DNA of 55,913 nucleotides from the IMG/VR virus record IMGVR_UViG_2778261121_000001, positions 1 to 55,913 of that record; one strand, 5' to 3'. The notes below the pieces were generated by a model. The model was not told the DNA's origin. It saw only the letters and a list, made by a program, of their open reading frames with translations, and did not search any database. The DNA is from a virus (taxonomy: Duplodnaviria; Heunggongvirae; Uroviricota; Caudoviricetes). The translations under genes were made by a program, and so were the position numbers. Shown in pieces: positions 9,479 to 18,811 of this stretch (within the stretch, counting starts at the first letter, position 1; each line of letters begins with the position of its first letter).

Positions 9479-9981
9479 TGGTTGCCTCCTTCACGTAGCT
9501 CGGCGGCAAAAGCTACTGCGTGATCATGATGTTCAAGTGTGTATGCACACTCCGCAAACATCTCCACGCCCTGCGCACGTACTTCAGCCAGAAAAGCGTC
9601 GGTGGCTGGAGTTTCTATGCACTGCATTTCATGCAATGTCTGCATGTCCATAAAATCCCCGTCAGGCTCTGTGATAGTGGCGTTATATGCCGAGTAAATT
9701 TTTGACGCTTCATGTGCCAGTTCCGCAGCCTTAGATCGCAATGCCACATTCTCCGCCGCTAATGCGTCTCTCTGCGCCCGCAACTTCTCAATTTCGGCAG
9801 CCATGTAGTAACCAACCATAGCGAAAGTGGCGAAAGGGTAGTCAGAATCATCAGGAGATACGGAGGCCATTAGCAGACCATCGTGCATGTTCTGGCTTCC
9901 ATCAGTGATGGATACCGCATAAGAATCGCTGGTTTCCCGTTTATACAATACGACGACCGGGTTCTTGATTTTCTCTCTCAT
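9475..9981 (-). CDS. hypothetical protein (168 aa)
   Basis: ORF in track; overlapping stop/start. Confidence 0.45.
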   Translation of the reverse strand: MREKIKNPVVVLYKRETSDSYAVSITDGSQNMHDGLLMASVSPDDSDYPFATFAMVGYYMAAEIEKLRAQRDALAAENVALRSKAAELAHEASKIYSAYNATITEPDGDFMDMQTLHEMQCIETPATDAFLAEVRAQGVEMFAECAYTLEHHDHAVAFAAELREGGNQ

Positions 9982-10523
9982 TACGATGCCTCTAACTTAT
10001 CTAACTCTTTCAGCCCTTCACGTACCGCGTTCACAATGCGTTCCAGATACTGGTATTTCGGGTTTGGTACCGTTGGCCAGTCGGCATACCACGGATCATC
10101 ACCAAAGAGATTCAGCAGTTTGTTACCGACGCCGAAACAACAGCAGCTTTCTTTTACGTCATCGGCGTTTTCCGCCTCGTCCCACATTTCACGAGCCAGT
10201 ACGGCGTCGATTTCTCTCTCTCTTCGTAACTTTATGATTTCTGACTTCACGAAAAGCAGATTTGCATCGTTGTCATCGTCGACCGTGCTTCGCAGTTGAG
10301 AGTCGAAATAGCCGATTAGATACTCGTTGCTGACCCGCTTAATGAACGTCTGCACATCATCACCGCCCATAGCAAACCAAGCCGCAGTCCACGCTTTTCC
10401 GTAGCAGATGATGGTGATTCTTCCCTTACCAGGTTCGTAGTTTTCAATCATCACTCGAACCGGATCGAGGCGTTCCAGATCCGTCAGCACAAAGGAAAGA
10501 ACATCTATTTTTTCGACCTTCAT
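9981..10523 (-). CDS. hypothetical protein (180 aa from the MKVEK start)
   Basis: ATG at 10521-10523 with GGAGG Shine-Dalgarno and ATGA overlap with the upstream stop. Confidence 0.45.
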   Translation of the reverse strand: MKVEKIDVLSFVLTDLERLDPVRVMIENYEPGKGRITIICYGKAWTAAWFAMGGDDVQTFIKRVSNEYLIGYFDSQLRSTVDDDNDANLLFVKSEIIKLRREREIDAVLAREMWDEAENADDVKESCCCFGVGNKLLNLFGDDPWYADWPTVPNPKYQYLERIVNAVREGLKELDKLEAS

Positions 10524-11161
10524 GCAGCCTCCCACGCGCTCCAGATCAGCGATTTGTGTTTTTCATAACGTTTGATGTGTACCGGTTTCAGAAGCGCAAT
10601 ACCTTCAGTGACTTTCGCCATTGCGCTTAATAGCAACGGGTGTTCTATACCTATCCTCTCCATGTACTCGACAACATCAGCGTTGGCACCAATCTCTTTG
10701 CCGTGAAAGAGTACGTCCAGCATCAGTTCTTTCTCTGCGAGGTAGACAGCTGAAAACTCGGGATCGCGACTCACGATAGAAGAGGTATTGTCGAGCAGGT
10801 CAGCCAGCTTGATCATGCGCGTCTGCATGTCGAGATTTTGCTCCAGCTCCCGGACATTGATGATGAAACGCTGTATTCGATTGCCGTCTTCTGGCCTTGC
10901 AATGTTGGTCAGAGCCTGAACCATTTCAGCTACGCGCTCACCGAAGTGATCACGAACCATCTCTATGGTTACATGGGTGTCTTCGACCACATCATGCAGA
11001 AGCGCCGCGATTTGCATCTCCACGGTTCCGTCATGCAATGCAACAATCTCTCGGACAGCAACCGGGTGGTTGATGTAGTCTTCGCCGGTATATTTTCTTT
11101 TCTGACCAACGCCACCATGAGCGCCAGCGGCGAACATATGAGCTTCGGAAATACTAGACAT
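10520..11161 (-). CDS. HD-domain small alarmone hydrolase (SpoT/Mesh1-like)
   Basis: RelA/SpoT-type HD motifs (HDVVEDT and the N-terminal H...HP region); 213 aa with no synthetase domain. Confidence 0.6.
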   Translation of the reverse strand: MSSISEAHMFAAGAHGGVGQKRKYTGEDYINHPVAVREIVALHDGTVEMQIAALLHDVVEDTHVTIEMVRDHFGERVAEMVQALTNIARPEDGNRIQRFIINVRELEQNLDMQTRMIKLADLLDNTSSIVSRDPEFSAVYLAEKELMLDVLFHGKEIGANADVVEYMERIGIEHPLLLSAMAKVTEGIALLKPVHIKRYEKHKSLIWSAWEAA

Positions 11162-11280
11162 TCTTAACTCCGTTGTTTTCTAGTTGTGGTTATTTTCACA
11201 AATAAGAAAAGGTAGAAAACAATTTATTTAAGGCCACAACTTATGGCCTTTATTTATTCATGCCGAAGGATTTGTAGCGT

Positions 11281-11661
11281 CTAATTGCCGGATAAAATGG
11301 GGTGAGGTGCTTGCCAGTAGGCTCCACCGGTCCATGTGAACCCCATGCGAATAAGAGTGTTTATTGCGGCTTTGGTAGACTCCGATTCGACACTGGCTTT
11401 TCGAAACTCTTGAACCTCTTTCGCCAACTTGTATGTAATTGTGCAGGGGACGATTGCAGCCCAGCCTTTCTCATGACTGTTAATGACCATCTGGATGTGG
11501 CCATCCAGAATAGGTTGATTAGGCATGTTATTGAAAATGTCTGCCTGTTTTTGAATGTGAAGAAAAAGCCTTGCCAGCTCCATTTGCTCACTACGAGACA
11601 AGGGATTATCAAGAGGGCTTTTTGCAAAAGCGGCTATACGCTGTGCGTCAATGCCAAACAT
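11281..11661 (-). CDS. hypothetical protein (126 aa)
   Basis: ORF in track. Confidence 0.45.
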   Translation of the reverse strand: MFGIDAQRIAAFAKSPLDNPLSRSEQMELARLFLHIQKQADIFNNMPNQPILDGHIQMVINSHEKGWAAIVPCTITYKLAKEVQEFRKASVESESTKAAINTLIRMGFTWTGGAYWQAPHPILSGN

Positions 11662-12365
11662 CAGCGCACCTCACCATCTTTATGGCTGGACTTAACTTCC
11701 GCCATTAAATGTCTGACGTAATCGACAAGAGAGCCGCCTGGTGGAATCTGGCATTCCTCGACTAACTGGAAGTAGATATCCGCTGCATTACGTGTATTGC
11801 TACCTGTGCATATTTTTTCTTCACGAAGAGCATTACGTTCGTTGATCAAACGAACGCACTCGCCGTTACGCTGCTCCACAACGGCCTCAAGTTCTGCGAC
11901 GCGTTCACCTGGCGTCTTACCTTCTTTGCGTTGGATGGTAACGACGAAATCGCCAATTGCAGGGACGTTGTAATCCAGCTCAAGGTAGTTTTTGGCACCG
12001 CTGCGGACGAACTCACCCGCGAACATGGTAGCGAACATCGCAGAGGCCACTTCGCCGTTGAAAAGTGACTCCAGATCTAACGGAGTCCCAGCAGCAATAG
12101 CCTCTTTTGCTGTATCCATTGCATCCATGAACCGATCAAACTCACTAGCGCGCTTTTCCAGGTCTTTCCATTGCTCGCTCCAACGTTTGGCAACGAAGTC
12201 TATGAATGTTTTCGCGGATTCATCAAAATTCCCCTCAAACTTAACGATGCCTTTATCAATAATGATCTGGCCTACCGCATCCTCTGCATAACCTTTCAAT
12301 GTAAACTTGAAAGGAAAATCGGAATGGCCTGTGACGTTAAAATGCTCTAACTGGAGGTTGCTCAT
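11661..12365 (-). CDS. hypothetical protein (234 aa)
   Basis: ORF in track; start in the conserved GAAAAACACATG context. Confidence 0.5.
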   Translation of the reverse strand: MSNLQLEHFNVTGHSDFPFKFTLKGYAEDAVGQIIIDKGIVKFEGNFDESAKTFIDFVAKRWSEQWKDLEKRASEFDRFMDAMDTAKEAIAAGTPLDLESLFNGEVASAMFATMFAGEFVRSGAKNYLELDYNVPAIGDFVVTIQRKEGKTPGERVAELEAVVEQRNGECVRLINERNALREEKICTGSNTRNAADIYFQLVEECQIPPGGSLVDYVRHLMAEVKSSHKDGEVR

Positions 12366-12426
12366 GTGTTTTTCTCTTATCGTTTAGTTACTACATTCTT
12401 ACACAAATTAAGTAAGCATTTACCTA

Positions 12427-14112
12427 TCATTTAACGCGTTTGAAAACGTATACGCTGACTGTGATCCCGGTATCTTCAAACTCGTTGGTAAACGACTTCC
12501 CTTTGGCATAAACGTAATTATCCATCGTCATCCAGCTCAGGATTGGCGCAGTGCCCGGCAATACTGCTACAAGACGACCGCCGAGTTTCAGATGCCCCAG
12601 CGCAGCCAGCGTGTGCTCTCTATGACGACCAAGCGAGTACGGCGGGTTCATAACGATTTTGTCGAACTGATAACCTGCGTTGTCCTCAGACCACTTTATG
12701 AAGTCGCAGCAAATCGTGTTCGTATACCCTTTTCCACGCAGGATATCAGCGAAGAGAGGTGCGATTTCTATGCAGGTAACATCTTCCAGATCGGCGTTAA
12801 TATAGGCCAGAAGATCCCCACGTCCGGCTTGAGGCTCCAACAGCTTCTCACCAGGCTTCAATTCAGTGGCTCTTGCAACGTACTCAGCAATCAAGCGTGG
12901 GGTAGGGTAGAACTGGTGTGATTTTGTATCCGGTATTAAACCGGTAGCCACAATCGTATTTAGCGTATGGCCGATGTCATACGGGAACTGCCAGTGCTTT
13001 TTCTCCTGCACGCCGCCAATGAAGCTCAGTGTGCGCTCAAGCTCTTCCACCTGCGACTTCTGGAGAGCTGAATCAGAGAAGTACCATACGCCTTTGTCTT
13101 TGCTCAATCGCCCGTCACGAAGCGCAGTGCGAACCGGCACGGAGATCGTCTTCTGGATTAACCCGAACTGCTTTGGTGCCCGTGTTTTTGGCGCAGTTCG
13201 GCATGGCGCGGGAATTGCAGCAGGCATACTGTAAGCCAGCACCTCATTCAACTTCCAGGCCACGTCAGGATGTATTTCAAAGTGAACGTTGCCGTTCTTG
13301 AACATCTTCACGCGCATCAGATTTCCATCGACGTTCATCCAGTCACCGGTCTGGCAGTCGTTTGCCCGATACGCAGCTGATAGCACCTCAGCAGTGCGGT
13401 TGATGGTAATAAATTCTTTGTGCGCGAAGAAATGAAGCAAGACACGCAGATCGTCGATGTAGTCCTCTTTGCGATAGTTCACGCTAACGCTGTCCCGCCA
13501 GAAATCAGAAATGCAGTCAGCGATTATCAGACGCTCGCTGAAACCGTTTGTCTTATTTGTCTTGTGCGCAGGACTCAGCGCCTTAAACAAGCCATACACG
13601 CGCTCAGAGAGATATTTGTGCCTGTCATTCAGCAAATTAAGCATCGTGGGTATGACCGTTTCTGCTTTGAACTCCGGTACACCAACGAACTCTTTAACCT
13701 TCATCTGGTAGCCGGTTCTGTCAGTTTTGATGACTTCCTGTTTGCCCTCTATAAACTGCTCGCGCCACTCATCTCGACGGGAAGCTGGCATGATCAGCAA
13801 AACGTTAGTCATGTCCGTGACCTTCCTCCAGTACTCGGCCCAAATATTCTGTTTCACCCATTCCAGATCGACTTTATCCAACCAACCTCGATTTAAACGC
13901 GAGCGATCTTCATCTGGTCGATGGTTTAGTCTCAGCAGGCGATTAATCATGTTGTGGCGTTCGTCGCCATAAACGAAGTCGTGAACCTGATACATGAAGG
14001 CGATCTCTTTCTCGCACTCGGCCACAATTTCGTGGATGACGTTCATTTCCTGCCGATAGTCGATAGCAGTGTTTGAGTTGGCATCGTCGATGATGGAAAG
14101 GGCTGTATTCAT
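12427..14112 (-). CDS. DNA amino-methyltransferase (C-terminal NPPY domain) fused to a ~380-aa N-terminal domain of unknown function
   Basis: C-terminal FYPTP, LEPQAGRGDL (motif I) and NPPY (motif IV); N-terminal domain has no recognisable motif. Confidence 0.7.
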   Translation of the reverse strand: MNTALSIIDDANSNTAIDYRQEMNVIHEIVAECEKEIAFMYQVHDFVYGDERHNMINRLLRLNHRPDEDRSRLNRGWLDKVDLEWVKQNIWAEYWRKVTDMTNVLLIMPASRRDEWREQFIEGKQEVIKTDRTGYQMKVKEFVGVPEFKAETVIPTMLNLLNDRHKYLSERVYGLFKALSPAHKTNKTNGFSERLIIADCISDFWRDSVSVNYRKEDYIDDLRVLLHFFAHKEFITINRTAEVLSAAYRANDCQTGDWMNVDGNLMRVKMFKNGNVHFEIHPDVAWKLNEVLAYSMPAAIPAPCRTAPKTRAPKQFGLIQKTISVPVRTALRDGRLSKDKGVWYFSDSALQKSQVEELERTLSFIGGVQEKKHWQFPYDIGHTLNTIVATGLIPDTKSHQFYPTPRLIAEYVARATELKPGEKLLEPQAGRGDLLAYINADLEDVTCIEIAPLFADILRGKGYTNTICCDFIKWSEDNAGYQFDKIVMNPPYSLGRHREHTLAALGHLKLGGRLVAVLPGTAPILSWMTMDNYVYAKGKSFTNEFEDTGITVSVYVFKRVK

Positions 14113-14154
14113 AATTGCACCATTAAGAAGTGATTTGTTTAATGGTGCAATTAT
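14111..14154 (-). promoter_or_regulatory. perfect 16-bp inverted repeat sequestering the methyltransferase start codon
   Basis: ATAATTGCACCATTAA-N12-TTAATGGTGCAATTAT; the ATG at 14110-14112 lies at the base of the stem; no U-tract follows. Confidence 0.5.
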
Positions 14155-14215
14155 TTCAAAAATGAAAAGGTACTAAATAGAAATAAACAGGCAATCCTTC
14201 AAATAAAGGCATTGG

Positions 14216-14830
14216 CTAATCATACTTGGAGGTATTTATCACCAGAATTTTGTTTGTATAAATCTTCTTAATATCCCATGTGACATTACCGGAATACCAT
14301 TGACCGTTATATACTTGGTTTCCAGTTGCACCTGTCATTGTTACATAGACAGGTCTGTCGTAATCGGTTCGTCTATAGTTATATACTCCAACCATAGCAG
14401 GCATTACCGCACATGGATACCCCATATCTATTGTAAATTGAGGGTCAGAAATAGTGATAAGTTTCGCATCAAGGGGCATCATCTCACCGTGATACACCAT
14501 TGCGCCTGCGCTGTTATACATGGCAATGCCATAGCCAGAATGTGGTAACACCATATCAGAAAAAGCATAAACTGTTATTGTTCCGGGGCTACCATTTACC
14601 TGATGCAATCTGAGAGCATTGTATCCGTTACTATGCTCATGAATAAACATCATGTTCGCCTTATTACTGCTTTTTATGAAAAAAAAACATGATTTGTTTG
14701 ATGGGATTGATGTTTGAAAAACAGAACCTTTAGATGTAGACATTGTCCCTTTATTAATCAGATTTTGCGGAGTAAATTCTGGACTCATCCACAAACTTCC
14801 ATCTGATTGAGTAATTGACATCCCGAACAT
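14216..14830 (-). CDS. hypothetical protein (204 aa), AT-rich cassette gene 2
   Basis: ATG at 14828-14830 with GGGGA Shine-Dalgarno 2 nt after the upstream stop; visibly lower GC than its surroundings; contains a T9 tract. Confidence 0.4.
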   Translation of the reverse strand: MFGMSITQSDGSLWMSPEFTPQNLINKGTMSTSKGSVFQTSIPSNKSCFFFIKSSNKANMMFIHEHSNGYNALRLHQVNGSPGTITVYAFSDMVLPHSGYGIAMYNSAGAMVYHGEMMPLDAKLITISDPQFTIDMGYPCAVMPAMVGVYNYRRTDYDRPVYVTMTGATGNQVYNGQWYSGNVTWDIKKIYTNKILVINTSKYD

Positions 14831-14832
14831 AA

Positions 14833-15114
14833 TTATCCCCAGTATGTGTATATGTAAGAACCAAGCCCCGTATATAAATTTGACCAACTAACCGTATTTC
14901 CATTAATAGTAACATTTGGAACAGGTAAATTGATGTAGTTGTCGTTGTTAAGAGGCATTAATGACCACACGGCATGTAGTGATTTACCCGGTGGCGGATT
15001 AGAGTACGTCTTAGAGCCTGATGACGCCGTAAATCGATCAAGAAAAAAAATAGGTGTAAGGAAGCCAGTAACGTTAATTCCTTTATTGTTGTAAATCCCT
15101 GTACCGTATGCCAT
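14833..15114 (-). CDS. hypothetical protein (93 aa), AT-rich cassette gene 1
   Basis: ORF with AAGGATGA Shine-Dalgarno; AT-rich; contains a T8 tract. Confidence 0.4.
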   Translation of the reverse strand: MAYGTGIYNNKGINVTGFLTPIFFLDRFTASSGSKTYSNPPPGKSLHAVWSLMPLNNDNYINLPVPNVTINGNTVSWSNLYTGLGSYIYTYWG

Positions 15115-15168
15115 TTTTCATCCTTGTTTTTATCAACATAATATGGCCGATCATGCGGCCATATCAGA

Positions 15169-15738
15169 TCAATTAGAGCTTTGAAAGGCTTTGTGTGGTT
15201 GTGTTGCGAGGTTATGTCGATGGCTTAACTCACGCATCATGTCTTCAAGGCGACTCTTTGTGTCGTCGAGTTGGTCGGCCATTGCTCCCAAAAGCTGACG
15301 AACGGCCATCGGATCATCGCTGTTTAGTGATGGCATTTTATAACCCGCCTGAGAAGACATAAGATTGAACGCAGACATCAACATCGTTAGAGAGGATTTA
15401 AGCCCAGCAATTTCACGATCTTTGCTGGCAATAATCGCCTCACTCTTGTTAGTGTCATCAGTTCGTTGAGTCTCGCTCACCATATCCAAAGTCGCCTGCA
15501 ACTTATCAGCGCGCTCTTTTTCAGCAAGATAATGAACACCGAAATGATGTGCTAAAGCTACAACCTGAGTTGGCTCTTCAAAGGTGGACTCAAAATTAAG
15601 TGCTGTAACCACTCTCTCAAATATGGAAACGTCTTCTATTCCTCGAAGAATGGCTAACATTTTGACCAGTTCATTAGCATCCATTTCTTCGAATAAGGCG
15701 TTTTGTTCATCAGCTATCGCTTTGCATTTCTTGCACAT
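15169..15738 (-). CDS. hypothetical protein (189 aa)
   Basis: ORF in conserved start context; 5'-leader motif at 15756-15775. Confidence 0.5.
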   Translation of the reverse strand: MCKKCKAIADEQNALFEEMDANELVKMLAILRGIEDVSIFERVVTALNFESTFEEPTQVVALAHHFGVHYLAEKERADKLQATLDMVSETQRTDDTNKSEAIIASKDREIAGLKSSLTMLMSAFNLMSSQAGYKMPSLNSDDPMAVRQLLGAMADQLDDTKSRLEDMMRELSHRHNLATQPHKAFQSSN

Positions 15739-15877
15739 GTGTTTTTCCTAATGCTTAAACAAGTTGTTTTCTTATTGGCTTTATTGTGATGTGGCATAAA
15801 AGGGGAGCAAGCTAAACGTAAAGGTGCAAACTCTCTATTTCGGTCAACGAAACACAAGGGCCATTTGGCCCTTGTCA

Positions 15878-16036
15878 TTAACACGTTGCTTTACGGACTA
15901 GCGGATAAGCGAAGTAGATCGCCAGACCAATGAGGACGCCATCAGAAATGACAGACATCATCTTTCCCGTAAAATCCACCAACACCGCCATCACCAGAAG
16001 AGCAATGACGGTCACAAGCCGGAATCTCTCAAGCAT
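15878..16036 (-). CDS. candidate small membrane protein (52 aa)
   Basis: Translated by hand: MLERFRLVTVIALLVMAVLVDFTGKMMSVISDGVLIGLAIYFAYPLVRKATC; TAATG stop/start overlap with the TerB-like gene; below track cutoff. Confidence 0.35.
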   Translation of the reverse strand: MLERFRLVTVIALLVMAVLVDFTGKMMSVISDGVLIGLAIYFAYPLVRKATC

Positions 16037-16461
16037 TAGAGATAAGCATCCAGTGACAACTGAAGCGCCTGTGCGATCTTTTTCAGTGCCAGCTCTTCTT
16101 GTTCGCCAATACCGTCTTGGTCGGCAATATCAAGGCACAGACACAGTACATCTACTGCATCATTAGTCCCGGCCACATCAGCCAGCTCACGTAAAGCCTG
16201 GGCATTAGCGCGGCGCGGTGAGGCTTCGTATTGAGCACGGATATTGGCGCTCATTTGGGCAATCTCACCAGCAAACGGAGAAAACGCAGGCAGAGCTGCA
16301 ATTGTTTTCTCAAGAATGGAAATTTCCTTTGCGTCGCATGTGCCATCGGCATAGGAGATCATGTACGCGCCCCACACGGTGGCTTCAACCGCATCTCGGT
16401 TCTCCATTTTTTTGACCTCGATAACAGCTTTACGAGTTTTCTTTTTGAATAAACCTAACAT
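16036..16461 (-). CDS. TerB-like (tellurite-resistance TerB domain) protein
   Basis: 141 aa; resemblance to TerB judged by eye over the helical core and acidic C-terminal region; 5'-leader motif at 16484-16503. Confidence 0.5.
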   Translation of the reverse strand: MLGLFKKKTRKAVIEVKKMENRDAVEATVWGAYMISYADGTCDAKEISILEKTIAALPAFSPFAGEIAQMSANIRAQYEASPRRANAQALRELADVAGTNDAVDVLCLCLDIADQDGIGEQEELALKKIAQALQLSLDAYL

Positions 16462-16554
16462 GTGCTTTCCTTTTGTTATTTGTTAAAACAAGTTGTTTTC
16501 TAGTTACATGAATTGCTTACGAAAAGACGGTCAATGCATATGCACTAACAACCG

Positions 16555-16752
16555 TCAGAAATAACCAAGTACCGAACCGACTGGAAAAACAAAAATCCCA
16601 ACAACACGAGCCAAGGTCATACCAGCCTGAAACTGGAGATCACCAGAGCAAACGAGTTTTACAATGTTCGATACCCAACCGGCGGCCATGAGAGCTATGA
16701 AAGCCAGAATCGCCAGCCAAGTTTTTCCAAAGTGATTTGAAAACCAGTTCAT
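16555..16752 (-). CDS. small membrane protein (65 aa, two hydrophobic helices)
   Basis: ORF in track; stop/start overlap with the upstream ORF. Confidence 0.4.
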   Translation of the reverse strand: MNWFSNHFGKTWLAILAFIALMAAGWVSNIVKLVCSGDLQFQAGMTLARVVGIFVFPVGSVLGYF

Positions 16753-17000
16753 ACAACCGCCTTAGTCACAGCATGATCCTGAGTAACTGGATGAACTTGA
16801 GGTATCGCATCCACCGTCATCCCATCCAGAGTGACAGGACGCTCTACTGGAGTGGTGGTAATTGTCGTCGACGGAGGTGTGGTGATGGATGAACCCGGCA
16901 TCAAAAGGCTCTGGCCGGCTGGAACGGCTATCGTCGCCAGTGAAACTATAATGAGAACGTAGGCCATTGGTTTCAGCCTCTTTCTTTGAAAATTTTCCAT
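16749..17000 (-). CDS. membrane/secreted protein (83 aa, N-terminal hydrophobic segment, Pro/Thr-rich)
   Basis: ORF in track; embedded in a different frame within 16762..17256. Confidence 0.35.
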   Translation of the reverse strand: MENFQRKRLKPMAYVLIIVSLATIAVPAGQSLLMPGSSITTPPSTTITTTPVERPVTLDGMTVDAIPQVHPVTQDHAVTKAVV

Positions 17001-17256
17001 TCGAACTGTCCTTGTTGTTTTTCTCCTTCACTAAAGGCCGTGTACTTTTCGCTTCGCGTGAAGAACCAGAGGTAACAATCGCCCCCACGTTCGCAACAAC
17101 TGACGCTTGCTTATCTAAACGTTCATTCAGCAACCGAACGGCAGTCTCTAGTTCATCAAGACGTGACAGAACACGACCGCTAAATAATTCGGCCAAAATT
17201 TGACGTAGTGAACGAGGACGTTTAGTTGCAGAAGTGAAATAGGTTTGACGTGCCAT
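16762..17256 (-). CDS. hypothetical protein (164 aa; C-terminal half low-complexity and overlapping the 83-aa ORF)
   Basis: ORF in track; the N-terminal ~85 aa look genuine, the remainder may be overlap artefact. Confidence 0.35.
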   Translation of the reverse strand: MARQTYFTSATKRPRSLRQILAELFSGRVLSRLDELETAVRLLNERLDKQASVVANVGAIVTSGSSREAKSTRPLVKEKNNKDSSNGKFSKKEAETNGLRSHYSFTGDDSRSSRPEPFDAGFIHHHTSVDDNYHHSSRASCHSGWDDGGCDTSSSSSYSGSCCD

Positions 17257-17401
17257 GTGGACTCCATCCAGTGTCAGAAAGAGTTGCGGCTGGCGATTGC
17301 CAGCCGCCTTTCTCGTTCCATCCTGGAACTGTGTCTTACCGACACATTGTCATCCTGACGCCGATAAGATACATGATTTAAAATGATAGGTAAACACTTA
17401 C

Positions 17402-17995
17402 TTACTGCTTGTTGTAAACAAAACCAATATCTTTCTTGTGAGGCATATCTGCTGCGGAAAAAGCTGCGATCTTCGCGAGTCGATCACATATTTCATTTTC
17501 ACGATGCCCGGCGTGACCTTTAACCCACTTCCAGCGAATATTATGTCGACTTGCAGCCTCATCCAGACGCTTCCACAGATCAACATTCTTTACCGGTTTT
17601 TTGTCAGAAGTCACCCATCCATTGCGTTTCCACCATTTCATCCACTGTGTCATGCCGTTTTTCAGATACTGGCTATCAGAGTGCAAAATAACGTTGCATG
17701 GATATTTCAAACGCTCCAGCCCGATAAGTGCCCCCATCATCTCCATGCGGTTATTGGTGGTGCTATGAAAACCATCTGAGAACTCGCGTTCCTCACCACG
17801 ATACTGGAGAACTATACCGTAACCGCCCGGGCCACCCGGATTTTTAAGGCAAGAGCCATCACTGAAGATTTTCACGGTTTTAAGCTGGGGATTGAACTCT
17901 ACGACAGGCGTTGTGGAATTGGTGCGGGGAGAATTTTTGTTTTTGGCTTTTTTGCGAGTTTTTGCTTGCGATCGGGCTGGTGTCTTCGTCGTCAT
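17402..17995 (-). CDS. rnhA: ribonuclease HI
   Basis: High similarity to E. coli RnhA ([30 protein letters not shown]); start set at MTTKTP with AGGAG Shine-Dalgarno. Confidence 0.85.
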   Translation of the reverse strand: MTTKTPARSQAKTRKKAKNKNSPRTNSTTPVVEFNPQLKTVKIFSDGSCLKNPGGPGGYGIVLQYRGEEREFSDGFHSTTNNRMEMMGALIGLERLKYPCNVILHSDSQYLKNGMTQWMKWWKRNGWVTSDKKPVKNVDLWKRLDEAASRHNIRWKWVKGHAGHRENEICDRLAKIAAFSAADMPHKKDIGFVYNKQ

Positions 17996-18580
17996 ATAAA
18001 CTCCTGAATCAAGCGCCGCGCCGATTTTTTTCCTCGCGCGTGCGCACACGCGTGCGTGTTAATAATTATTAAAATAAACAAATTACTTCCCAGAACAGGT
18101 TTTTATAAACCTGAACTGAACGAACGAAGTGAGTGAAGTTCACCTCGAACGAAGTGAGAGGTTGTCTTTTCAGGTAATACTCTCCCAGGGAGGTGAGTAT
18201 AAAAATCCCTCACCAACCTGGTCGTTTCATAACCTGAAAAGTCATGGTCTAAGTCTACTGCCAGCTTAGACTTGGGAAGTTATGGATGACAGCACCCCAG
18301 AACCGAGATCTTCCCACACTTTATGAAGGGGAGTACTGGATTCAACCTCTCGAAACACCCCAGACTCGACAATCATAAAGTGACCCTTGTCTCTGCTCAC
18401 TTTGGTTCCCCCTTCCCCGACACCTAAACGGCACCAGTTCTACGCTGGTAGTGAGCTTTTTTTAAACCTGACGCCAGTGACGCTTACCCCCACCCATCAG
18501 GTCGAGTCTCCAGTCTACGACTGGAAACTATCAGATCTTAGCACTTACAAATCATCTTATGAATAGTTTGTACTTATCTA

Positions 18581-18811
18581 TCATTGCGATTGATTATTTT
18601 CTCGACCATGTAGTTGAACATTCAAGGCAAACACCTCGTTGATCAACTCACCTAAAAGCTGTTCAACAAGTTCGCGATGCTCCCCAAGATGCAAGCACTT
18701 AATTGCCCATTCGTACAAGTTGAAAGCCTGCTCGCGATCTTTCATCATTTCACGGGCCTGGGCCAGAAAATCGCTCTCTACGAGCGCAACGACATTAGTC
18801 GGGTATGACAT
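18581..18811 (-). CDS. hypothetical protein (76 aa)
   Basis: ORF; start set at the ATG with AAGGA Shine-Dalgarno. Confidence 0.4.
   Translation of the reverse strand: MSYPTNVVALVESDFLAQAREMMKDREQAFNLYEWAIKCLHLGEHRELVEQLLGELINEVFALNVQLHGRENNQSQ

Noticed and set aside
18050-18580. Structured ORF-free region considered as a retron or group I intron
   Set aside because: No reverse transcriptase gene adjacent and no interrupted host gene with splice-compatible boundaries; left as an unassigned ncRNA/origin candidate.
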